From an uncultured candidate division Zixibacteria bacterium (lineage in GTDB: Bacteria > Zixibacteria > MSB-5A5 > GN15 > PGXB01): DNA of 64,000 nt. Positions 51,428 to 60,162 of this stretch are shown here, piece after piece. The stretch is from positions 3,392,001 through 3,456,000 of the forward strand of contig OY969724.1 in NCBI GenBank assembly GCA_963702205.1. Reading direction: 5' to 3'. Both the position numbers and the translations under genes were made by a program. The notes below the pieces were generated by a model. That model was not told the origin of the DNA. It saw only the letters and a program-made list of their open reading frames with translations, and searched no databases. Every line of letters starts with the position of its first letter. The stretch's first letter is position 1.

Positions 51428-54058
51428 ATGAATTCCAAGTCGATCGGCAAAACGACTGTCTTATGTGCCGCTTTCGTTTTGATGCTGGCCGTCGCTTCAT
51501 CAGGAGTAAGTTTGCATCCCGATGTCAAGGCCAAACTCATGGCTGAGGGAAAATGGGAGGATTATGTCGCGCAGGACATAATTAATCATCAAAGAGGAAT
51601 AGACAACCCGCCTCAAACACGCGCCAATGCCATAAAAGCGCTTGGCGAAAACGGTGTCGTCGATACCGTGCACGTCTTGATTTTGCTGGTTGATTTTTCC
51701 GATAAACCATACACCGGCGGAGCCGTCGCCGCGACACCGGCGCAATTCGATTCGGTTCTGTTTTCACAGGGTCTGAATCCGACCGGCTCCATGACCGAAT
51801 TTTATCTCGAAAATTCATACGGTAAATTTTTTATCAGCGGTGAAGTGTACGGCTGGTTCAGGATGCCTCAGACCTATGCTTATTATGTCGACGGGCAAAA
51901 GGGCTTTGGATCATACCCCCAAAACGCCCAGGGCCTGACCCGCGACGCCGTCCTTGCCGCCGATCCGACCGTTGATTTCTCCCGCTTTGATAATCTGGGT
52001 GGTGGCGACGGTTATGTCGACGGTCTTTTCGTTGTCCACGCCGGGACGGGTTACGAAGAATCCGGCAACGTAAATGAAGTTCACTCGCACCAGTGGAACC
52101 TGCCGTCCAGTGTTCTGGTCGATGGCGTCAGAGTTAGTGCCTATTCCATGGAACCCGAGGAATCGGCCATATCGGCAACAATCTCACCCATCGGCGTTTT
52201 CTGCCATGAATATGGCCATGTGCTGGGGCTTCCCGACTTGTACGATATCGACGGAAGCCCGTCAACGTCCGACGGCCTGGGTCGCTGGTCGCTGATGGCC
52301 GGAGGCAGCTATAACGGTGGATCGCGAAGCCCATCGGAATTCGACGCCTGGAGCCGGGTTTTTCTCGGTTTCGCGCCGGCGGTCCCGGTCACGGGCAACT
52401 TGACCGGTGTTGAACTTCCCGAGGTGGAACGCGAACCGGTTATTTATAAGCTTTGGGCCGGAGGAGTATATTCCGGGCCCGAATATTTTCTCGTGGAAAA
52501 CCGTCAGAAGGTCGGATCAGATCAGGCTCTGGCCGGTGATGGATTGCTGATTTATCACGTCGACGATTCCCGTTGGGGAAATTATGACCCCGCTCATTAT
52601 CAGGTTGCGGTGGAACAAGCCGACGGCAAATTCGACCTTGAATATGGACCGGGGTCAAGCGACGCCGGTGATCCCTACCCGGGCTCCAGTAACGTCCGGT
52701 CATTCGACGATCTGACAACGCCCAACAGCCGAGACTACAACGGAAATATTACCCAGGTATCCGTTTGGGATATTTCCAATTCCGACTCCTTGATGACGGC
52801 CAACCTCGACGTTTCCTGGTCGCGGCCGAATCTGGTGATGGACTCGTCCAATTTTGTCGATGCCAGTTCCGACGGCAATTTCGATCCGGGCGAATCGGTC
52901 CAATATTATTTTTATCTGGAAAATGCCTGGCTCGACGCCACCGACGCCACCATAACCATGACGTCCACCAATCCCGGAATCGTCTTTGGCAATGCATCGG
53001 TTTATAAATCCAGCATTCCCGGCAACGGGACCAAGACCGATAATATCGGAGAACCGATAACTTTCACGATACCCGACCCCGTTGAGCCGCGCTACGATAC
53101 ATTTTACGTCGAGATTACCGCCAACTCCGGGGCATACACCCAGACCTACTCGTTCGAACACATTGTCGGGACTCCCAAATTTCTTATCGTCGACGACGAC
53201 CGGGGCGACAATTACGAAGAAACCTATTTTGGCGATCTTTATAGGCTGGGCATCCCGACACGTACCTGGACCGAACTCTCGCAGGGTGCACCTGCTACGG
53301 GTGATTTAAGCCCTTATGATTTTGTGATCTGGTTCACGGGCGACACGTCATCCAATCTCATACAGCCCGACGACATAACGGCCATGAAGAACTACCTTGA
53401 CGGCGGCGGCAATTTGTTTTTAACCGGGCAGATGATCGCCGAGGAACTCGACGCCGAAGACTCCACGTTCATGGCCAACTATTTGCACGCTACCTACGGC
53501 GGCTTTTATTTCGGATTGGTGCAGCAGGGTATACCGGGTTCGATAGCCGATGGATTAACCGTCCGCTATACCAGTTTCGCCCATCAGTCCTATCTTGAAG
53601 GCAACTCGATCAATCCCATTAACGGCGGGCAGGCGATGTTCCAATATCAGGGCGGACCGATCTCGGCCGTATCGTACGATGGTGACTACAAAGTTGTCTT
53701 CTTCAGCTGGGGCTACGAGGACGTCTCAAACGATTTCGGCAGTTACGATAAACGTGATTCGGTCATGGCTCGGGTGCTCGATTTCTTCGGCGGCAGTGCT
53801 CCACCCGCCTGCAACTGCACGCCGGGCGAAGCCGATGGCCAGCCCGATACGAACCTGCTGGATATCTTATACCTGATATCCTCGGTCTATGAAAGCGGTC
53901 CCGATCCGACACCGTACCCCATGTGTTCCGGTGACGCCAACTGCGATTGTCATGTCAATCTGCTGGATATATTATATTTGATTTCTGACATCTATTCCGA
54001 TGGTCCCGCACCGTGCGATTGCGCCGGATGGCAAGGCTCCTGCGGCACCCTGCAATAG
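51428..54058 (+). CDS. Secreted M6 (immune inhibitor A-like) metalloprotease with C-terminal dockerin-like domain
   Basis: LLVDFSD, ENSYG, HEYGHVLGLPDLYD, WSLMAGG, EYFLVENRQ; NLLDILYLI twice at the C-terminus. Confidence 0.93.
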   Translation: MNSKSIGKTTVLCAAFVLMLAVASSGVSLHPDVKAKLMAEGKWEDYVAQDIINHQRGIDNPPQTRANAIKALGENGVVDTVHVLILLVDFSDKPYTGGAVAATPAQFDSVLFSQGLNPTGSMTEFYLENSYGKFFISGEVYGWFRMPQTYAYYVDGQKGFGSYPQNAQGLTRDAVLAADPTVDFSRFDNLGGGDGYVDGLFVVHAGTGYEESGNVNEVHSHQWNLPSSVLVDGVRVSAYSMEPEESAISATISPIGVFCHEYGHVLGLPDLYDIDGSPSTSDGLGRWSLMAGGSYNGGSRSPSEFDAWSRVFLGFAPAVPVTGNLTGVELPEVEREPVIYKLWAGGVYSGPEYFLVENRQKVGSDQALAGDGLLIYHVDDSRWGNYDPAHYQVAVEQADGKFDLEYGPGSSDAGDPYPGSSNVRSFDDLTTPNSRDYNGNITQVSVWDISNSDSLMTANLDVSWSRPNLVMDSSNFVDASSDGNFDPGESVQYYFYLENAWLDATDATITMTSTNPGIVFGNASVYKSSIPGNGTKTDNIGEPITFTIPDPVEPRYDTFYVEITANSGAYTQTYSFEHIVGTPKFLIVDDDRGDNYEETYFGDLYRLGIPTRTWTELSQGAPATGDLSPYDFVIWFTGDTSSNLIQPDDITAMKNYLDGGGNLFLTGQMIAEELDAEDSTFMANYLHATYGGFYFGLVQQGIPGSIADGLTVRYTSFAHQSYLEGNSINPINGGQAMFQYQGGPISAVSYDGDYKVVFFSWGYEDVSNDFGSYDKRDSVMARVLDFFGGSAPPACNCTPGEADGQPDTNLLDILYLISSVYESGPDPTPYPMCSGDANCDCHVNLLDILYLISDIYSDGPAPCDCAGWQGSCGTLQ

Positions 54059-54078
54059 ACTAATTTTCGAGCATATAA

Positions 54079-54109
54079 TAAAAAGCCCCGCAATTTGCGG
54101 GGCTTTTTA
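54079..54109. terminator. Bidirectional intrinsic terminator
   Basis: AAAAAGCCCCGCAA-T-TTGCGGGGCTTTTT between convergent genes. Confidence 0.88.
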
Positions 54110-54126
54110 ATTCATACCAATCAACT

Positions 54127-55485
54127 TCACGCTATCCAGATCGTCTTCAAATTGACAAACTCTTTAATCCCAAAGTGCGACAGTTCGCGCCCATAACCGG
54201 ATTTCTTGATGCCTCCGAACGGCAGGCGCGGATCGGACTTGGTCAACCCATTGACAAACATCGCACCGGTTTCCACCCTTCGTGCGACCGCTTCGGCTTT
54301 GGCCAAATCCCTCGACCAGACCGATCCACCCAACCCAAACATGGAATCGTTGGCGACCTCAATCGCTTCCTCCATGTCTTTCACCGGAATAATCGCCGAC
54401 ACCGGCCCGAACGTTTCTTCTTCGTACGCCGGCATTCCCTTTTTGATGTCGGTAAGTACCGTCGGTTCGTAGAACGCCCCCGGGCCGTCGATAATTTTCC
54501 CGCCGCACAAAAGCCGCGCTCCCATCTCTATTGATTTGCGAACCTGCCGGTCGAGGTCATCGCGCAAATCCTGTCGGGCCAGCGGTCCCACCTGCACTGA
54601 TTCGTCGAGCGGGTCGCCGACTTTCATCGCCTTCATTATGGCCGACTTCTGTCCTTCGAACTGTTTTACAACACTTTCAACGACAATGAACCTCTTGGCG
54701 GCAATACAGCTCTGCCCGGCGTTAATCATGCGGGCGGTGGCGGCTGTTTTCACACAGGCTGGAAGATCGGCGTCTTCGAGCACGATGTACGGGTCCGAAC
54801 CGCCCAGTTCCAGCAGACATTTCTTGATTTCGCGTCCAGCCGCCGACGCCACCGCCATCCCGGCCGGTTCGCTGCCCGTCAAAGAAATCGCTTTGACACG
54901 GTCGTTTTTGATCACGTCGTCAACCAGCCGAGACGAAATCATCAATGTCCGAAACAGGTTTTCCGGAAACCCGGCCTTGTGGAAAATCCCCTCAATAGCC
55001 TGTGCCGAACCGGGGACGTTCGAGGCATGTTTTAATACCCCGGCATTTCCGGCCATCAAAGCCGGAGCGGCAAACCGAAACACCTGCCAGAAAGGAAAAT
55101 TCCACGGCATGACGGCAAGTATCACACCGAGCGGCTGAAAAGCCACGAAACTGCGCGAGGCATCGGATTCGATCACTTCGTCGGCCAGAAATCTCTCGGC
55201 ATTGTCGGCGTAGAAATCACACACCCAGGCACATTTCTCGACTTCGGCCCGCGACTCGGAGATTATCTTGCCCATTTCGTTCGACATCAACCGCGCAAAA
55301 TCATCTTTCTCCGCGCGAAGCACCTCTGCCGCACCGTGCATAAGTTTGCTCCTGTGCGCGAAATCCGTTTTGCGCCAGGACAGAAATTCACGGTGCCCGT
55401 CTTCGATAATGGTCGACACCTGTCCGGCACCGTGTTCAGGATATTCTTTTATAAGTTTCCCGGTTGCGGGATTGATCGCTTTCAC
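54127..55485 (-). CDS. NAD(P)-dependent succinate-semialdehyde dehydrogenase-type aldehyde dehydrogenase
   Basis: MPWNFPFWQVFR, LTGSE, LELGGSDP, NAGQSCIA, EETFGP, SGYGREL; GTG start. Confidence 0.9.
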   Translation of the reverse strand: MKAINPATGKLIKEYPEHGAGQVSTIIEDGHREFLSWRKTDFAHRSKLMHGAAEVLRAEKDDFARLMSNEMGKIISESRAEVEKCAWVCDFYADNAERFLADEVIESDASRSFVAFQPLGVILAVMPWNFPFWQVFRFAAPALMAGNAGVLKHASNVPGSAQAIEGIFHKAGFPENLFRTLMISSRLVDDVIKNDRVKAISLTGSEPAGMAVASAAGREIKKCLLELGGSDPYIVLEDADLPACVKTAATARMINAGQSCIAAKRFIVVESVVKQFEGQKSAIMKAMKVGDPLDESVQVGPLARQDLRDDLDRQVRKSIEMGARLLCGGKIIDGPGAFYEPTVLTDIKKGMPAYEEETFGPVSAIIPVKDMEEAIEVANDSMFGLGGSVWSRDLAKAEAVARRVETGAMFVNGLTKSDPRLPFGGIKKSGYGRELSHFGIKEFVNLKTIWIA

Positions 55486-55568
55486 ATCACACTCCGTACG
55501 TTTATCAAATCCATTTATTATATATATACAATATTACCGGTCTGGGAAATTATAAAGATTCCTGCAGG

Positions 55569-55637
55569 TCACGCCGACTTGCCGAAGGTCCTGCCTGCGC
55601 TGAGCCAGCGAAGTGAGCCTTGCGAAGGGCGGCGTGA
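55569..55637. repeat. Inverted-repeat-bounded element with internal tandem motifs
   Basis: TCACGCCG...CGGCGTGA ends; internal GACTTGCCGAAG, TGAGCCAGCGAAG, TGAGCCTTGCGAAG. Confidence 0.45.
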
Positions 55638-55738
55638 TTCTTAATTAACGCTGTCATTATTTAACGAAGATGTCAGGCCCCGATTAGGCCTGAGACTATG
55701 GAAAGGCCAAAAACAGGCGATGCCTGTCACCTCGGTAT

Positions 55739-55786
55739 GTTCCGTCAGGTGTTGATTTCAACGAATTAGAAATTGTCACCTGACGG
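55739..55786. repeat. REP-like palindrome, same family as 5026-5149
   Basis: GTTCCGTCAGGTG...TTGTCACCTGACGG. Confidence 0.65.
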
Positions 55787-55797
55787 TAAACTGCTGT

Positions 55798-58476
55798 TTA
55801 CGAAAACAGCGGATTGATCTTTTCCGGATCGATATTCAGATCGCCCGCGGCCCTGGACGGCAATTTCTTATCTATGAATCCATCGCGACTCAACCCGTAC
55901 AGCGCCGCCACGACAATATTCCTGGCGTCGACTTCAAAATGCCCCCGCAATTGTGTCCGTCCGTCGGAGCGACCGAACCCGTCGGTCCCCAGCACAATAA
56001 AGCGGCCCGGCATCCATTTACCGATCGAATTGGGCACGGCTTTGACATAATCCGAAGAAGCTACGAACACGCCTTTTGTGCCTTCGAGATACTCATTGAC
56101 GTACGGTACCTTGGGCGATTCCTCGGGATGCCGTACATTCCACCGCTCGACGTCGACGGCATCGTTATAGAGCTCTTTATAGCTCGTCACCGAATATACG
56201 TCGGTCGGGATATTATAGTCCTTTTCAAGGATTTCGGCTGCCTTTAAAGACTCGTTCAAAATCGCCCCGCTGCCGAATAGGTGCGCCTTGAACCCATTTG
56301 CTTTTTTCGAGGATTCTTTGTATCGATACATGCCGCGTAATATATTTTGTCGGACTCCTTCCGGCATCGGCGGCATGGCATAAAATTCGTTCATAACCGT
56401 AATGTAATAAAACAGGTTTTCCTGGTTTTCGTACATCCGGTGCAGGCCGTTCTTGACTATCACCGCCAGCTCGAAAGCGAAAGCGGGATCGTACGCCTTA
56501 AGATTCGGCACCGAAAAAGCGTAGAGATGGCTCTGCCCGTCCTGGTGCTGCAGCCCTTCCCCGGCCAGGGTGGTCCGGCCACTGGTGCCGCCGACAAGGA
56601 ATCCTTTCGCCTGCATATCCCCGGCCGCCCAGATCAAATCGCCGATACGCTGAAAACCGAACATCGAATAATATATGAAAAACGGAATGATATTGATACC
56701 GTGCGTGGCATACGCCGTTCCGGCGGCGATAAAAGACGACATCGACCCGGCCTCGGTGATACCTTCTTCAAGGATGACGCCGTCTTTCGCTTCTTTATAG
56801 TACAACAGGCTTTCTCTGTCCACCGGCTCGTACTTCTGGCCCTGGCTGGCATATATCCCCACTTTGCGGAAGAGCGATTCCATGCCGAACGTCCGGGCTT
56901 CGTCCGGAACTATGGGGACGATTGACTTTCCGACATTAGCATCGTCGAGCAGCTTGGAAAGTATGTGCACGAGAACCATGGTCGTCGTCACTTCACGCTC
57001 GCCCGTGCCCTCGTAATATTCATCGAACAATTCCGGCGATTTTACTTTAAGCGGACCGACCGTAACCTTGCGCTCCGGAAGATACCCGCCCAGCGCGTTG
57101 CGGCGATCGTGCAAATATTTGTATTCCGAGCTGTCCTCCGGCGGACGGTAGAACGGGGCCTCGGCCACTTCACTATCCGAAATCGGAATCCCGAACCGGC
57201 TGCGGAACTCGCGCATTTCCTGCTCGTTTAATTTTTTCTGCTGGTGCGTGATGTTTTTGCCTTCCCCGGCTTCACCGAGACCGTACCCTTTGATCGTCTT
57301 GGCCAGAATGACCGTCGGCGATCCCTTATGCTCGAAAGCGGCCTTATAGGAAGCGTAGACTTTCTCCGGATCGTGGCCGCCGCGACGAAGTTTCTGGAGT
57401 TTCTCGTCCGAATAATTCTTCACCATTTCCAGAAGGCGTTCGTCCGTACCGAAAAAATCCTTGCGGATATAATCGCCGCCGGTGACGGTGTACTTCTGAT
57501 ACTGCCCGTCGACACACGACCCCATCCTGGCCACGAGAACACCATCGGTATCACGGGCCAGAAGCGGATCCCAGTCCGCACCCCAGATGACCTTGATCAC
57601 ATTCCACCCCGCGCCTCGGAAAACTGATTCCAGTTCCTGAATAATCTTGCCGTTGCCCCGCACCGGTCCGTCCAGTCTCTGGAGATTGCAGTTCACGACA
57701 AAAATCAGGTTGTCGAGCTTTTCGCGCGAGGCCAGCGTAATCGCCCCCAGCGCTTCCGGTTCATCGAGCTCACCATCACCGAGGAAAGCCCAGACTTTGG
57801 AATCAGTCGCTTTTTTCAGTCCGCGATCGACGAGGTATTTATTGAAACGCGCCTGGTATATCGACATGATCGGCCCCAGTCCCATCGAAACCGTCGGAAA
57901 CTGCCAGAAATGGGGCATCAGCCACGGGTGGGGATATGATGAAAGCCCGTCCCTGGATATAACCTCATGGCGGAAATGCTTGAGGTTTTCCTCGCTCAGA
58001 CGACCTTCGACAAACGCCCGGGCGTACATTCCCGGCGCGGCATGCCCCTGGAAATAGACAATATCGCCCTCCTGCTTATCTGTCCGTCCCCGGAAGAAAT
58101 GATTGAACCCGACCTCATACAGCGTGGCGCTGGAGGCATAGGTAGAAATATGCCCGCCGATGGAACTGTCGGCCCGGTTGGCCCGAACCACCATCGCCAT
58201 GGCATTCCAGCGAATTATGCTCTTGATTCGTCGCTCGATCTCGCGATTGCCCGGAAAGGCCGGCTGACGGTCGGCCGTGATAGTATTCACATATGGTGTA
58301 TTGTCCGAAACGGCCAAATATATCCCATAATCCCGGGCCTTGCTTTCCAGCTTGGCCAGTATATCGTACACCCTCGACGAGCCTTCGGTCTTAAACAGTT
58401 CATCGAGTGAATCGAACCACTCGCGATCTTCTTCGACCGCATCATAGGTATTATCCACGTCTTTATCTTCTGACAT
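55798..58476 (-). CDS. aceE: Pyruvate dehydrogenase E1, homodimeric type
   Basis: RWNAMAMV, GGHISTYAS, QFPTVSMGLG, GDGELDEPE, NCNLQRLDGPV, GEGLQHQDG. Confidence 0.96.
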   Translation of the reverse strand: MSEDKDVDNTYDAVEEDREWFDSLDELFKTEGSSRVYDILAKLESKARDYGIYLAVSDNTPYVNTITADRQPAFPGNREIERRIKSIIRWNAMAMVVRANRADSSIGGHISTYASSATLYEVGFNHFFRGRTDKQEGDIVYFQGHAAPGMYARAFVEGRLSEENLKHFRHEVISRDGLSSYPHPWLMPHFWQFPTVSMGLGPIMSIYQARFNKYLVDRGLKKATDSKVWAFLGDGELDEPEALGAITLASREKLDNLIFVVNCNLQRLDGPVRGNGKIIQELESVFRGAGWNVIKVIWGADWDPLLARDTDGVLVARMGSCVDGQYQKYTVTGGDYIRKDFFGTDERLLEMVKNYSDEKLQKLRRGGHDPEKVYASYKAAFEHKGSPTVILAKTIKGYGLGEAGEGKNITHQQKKLNEQEMREFRSRFGIPISDSEVAEAPFYRPPEDSSEYKYLHDRRNALGGYLPERKVTVGPLKVKSPELFDEYYEGTGEREVTTTMVLVHILSKLLDDANVGKSIVPIVPDEARTFGMESLFRKVGIYASQGQKYEPVDRESLLYYKEAKDGVILEEGITEAGSMSSFIAAGTAYATHGINIIPFFIYYSMFGFQRIGDLIWAAGDMQAKGFLVGGTSGRTTLAGEGLQHQDGQSHLYAFSVPNLKAYDPAFAFELAVIVKNGLHRMYENQENLFYYITVMNEFYAMPPMPEGVRQNILRGMYRYKESSKKANGFKAHLFGSGAILNESLKAAEILEKDYNIPTDVYSVTSYKELYNDAVDVERWNVRHPEESPKVPYVNEYLEGTKGVFVASSDYVKAVPNSIGKWMPGRFIVLGTDGFGRSDGRTQLRGHFEVDARNIVVAALYGLSRDGFIDKKLPSRAAGDLNIDPEKINPLFS

Positions 58477-58727
58477 ATCTTAAACTCCCCGCATTATAAA
58501 CTAATGCCATAAAAGTAAAGCAGACTGTGGGTCAACAGCAACGTCAAAATTCAGACGCTTCTGCCTCCTCGCCCCAATCTTTAATAAACTCTAACATGCC
58601 GGATTGAGAATGGTTTCACGAACGTTGATTTTTCGTCGGGAGCTGGGACTACGAGACGAGTTCCGCAAATGGATCATTGAAAATGCGGTCGCTCTATGCA
58701 GTTGAGCGGGAGACCGGTGATATTATC

Positions 58728-58756
58728 TTGTGAGCGGCTGCGATTGAAGCTATAAT
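58728..58756 (+). promoter_or_regulatory. Sigma70-type promoter for the MFS leader
   Basis: TTGTGA-N17-TATAAT. Confidence 0.7.
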
Positions 58757-58761
58757 GAGGA

Positions 58762-58849
58762 TTGGGACTAACCAGGCCAAAAGGCTGGCTGAGGTATACA
58801 GGCGGAGTGCTGCCCGGATGGAGCGGCGGTTGATTGCGGGTAGTCCCAA
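58762..58849 (+). ncRNA. Candidate riboswitch, NiCo/czcD-like four-way junction
   Basis: 9-bp closing stem TTGGGACTA/TAGTCCCAA starting at the predicted +1, enclosing three hairpins. Confidence 0.5.
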
Positions 58850-58884
58850 GGGCAACGATAGCCCGAATAGAAAGGAGCGAGCCG

Positions 58885-60045
58885 ATGGAGACCGGTAGAC
58901 GATCGGCATTACGATTTGTCGTCCTCCTCGGGCTGGTCAGCCTCTTTGCGGACGTCACGTACGAGGGTGCCCGCAGCATCAACGGACCGTATCTCGCCAT
59001 ACTTGGAGCCAGCGCCGCCGTGGTTGGTTTTGTCGCGGGTCTGGGTGAACTCATTGGTTATGGCCTCCGGATCATCACTGGACTAATAAGTGACCGCACC
59101 CGCAGGTACTGGGCTATCACAATCATTGGTTATACGGTCAATCTGCTGGCTGTCCCGGCCCTTGCCCTGGCCGGACGCTGGGAAATCGCCGCCATACTCA
59201 TGATTACTGAAAGGCTGGGGAAGGCTATTCGGACACCCGCGCGTGACGCAATGCTTTCCCATGCTTCATATGAAATGGGCCGAGGTCGGGCGTTTGGTCT
59301 CCACGAGGCCCTCGACCAGGTCGGGGGAATGCTGGGCCCAATCGTAATTGCTGTCATTCTGGCTCTCAAGGGTGGCTATCAGAATGGTTTCGGCATTCTG
59401 ATTATTCCGGCGGTTCTGGCACTGACCGTACTTGTGGTCGCCCGGCGAATTTACCCGCATCCTCACGATCTGGAGCCGTCGGTTTCCGGGCAGTCGACCG
59501 GATTTCAATCGACATACTGGATATATCTGGCCGGAGTCGCCTGTATCGCGATCGGCTTTGCGGACTTCTCCCTGATCTCGTTTCACATGAAGACCGCCGG
59601 AATTGTCCCTGACACATGGATACCTTTGATATACGCCCTGGCGATGGGCATCGACGCGTTGAGCGCCCTTGTCCTCGGACGATTTTATGATAAGCACGGA
59701 CTCAAAGCGGTCATGGTGTTGGTCGCGATTTCGGCGTGGTTCGCGCCATTTGTCTTTCTCGGCGGACGGATCATGCTGATCGCAGGCATGGTTCTCTGGG
59801 GAATTGGCATGGGCGCGCTTGAATCGACAATTCGTGCTGTCGTCGCCGATCTAATTCACCGTGACCGACGAGGTACCGGCTACGGCATGTTCAACGCCGG
59901 GTTCGGTATCGCCTGGTTTGTTGGCAGCGCCGTGATGGGTATCCTTTATGAACAATCGTTACTGGCAGTTGCGGCGTTCTCGGTCATTTTTCAGCTATTG
60001 GCACTGCCATTCATGTATGGCGTGCAGAAACGAATGAGCAAATGA
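58885..60045 (+). CDS. MFS transporter
   Basis: RBS AAAGGAG before ATG 58885; G.ISDRT motif A, ERLGKAIRTPARDA, about 12 TMs. Confidence 0.9.
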   Translation: METGRRSALRFVVLLGLVSLFADVTYEGARSINGPYLAILGASAAVVGFVAGLGELIGYGLRIITGLISDRTRRYWAITIIGYTVNLLAVPALALAGRWEIAAILMITERLGKAIRTPARDAMLSHASYEMGRGRAFGLHEALDQVGGMLGPIVIAVILALKGGYQNGFGILIIPAVLALTVLVVARRIYPHPHDLEPSVSGQSTGFQSTYWIYLAGVACIAIGFADFSLISFHMKTAGIVPDTWIPLIYALAMGIDALSALVLGRFYDKHGLKAVMVLVAISAWFAPFVFLGGRIMLIAGMVLWGIGMGALESTIRAVVADLIHRDRRGTGYGMFNAGFGIAWFVGSAVMGILYEQSLLAVAAFSVIFQLLALPFMYGVQKRMSK

Positions 60046-60162
60046 CTGCCACGATTGATAATAGCTTGCAAAGAGTGATATGGGGAGTTGACCGATCTGT
60101 AATATATGGTCGGATAATAATTTAGAAAATGGCGGGCTTTTTCTAAAATTAAAAAATGGAAT

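Noticed and set aside
58850..58884. Moco or M-box riboswitch suggested by GAAAGGAG and GCTGCCC
   Set aside because: Other conserved elements of those families are absent; GAAAGGAG is explained as the RBS.
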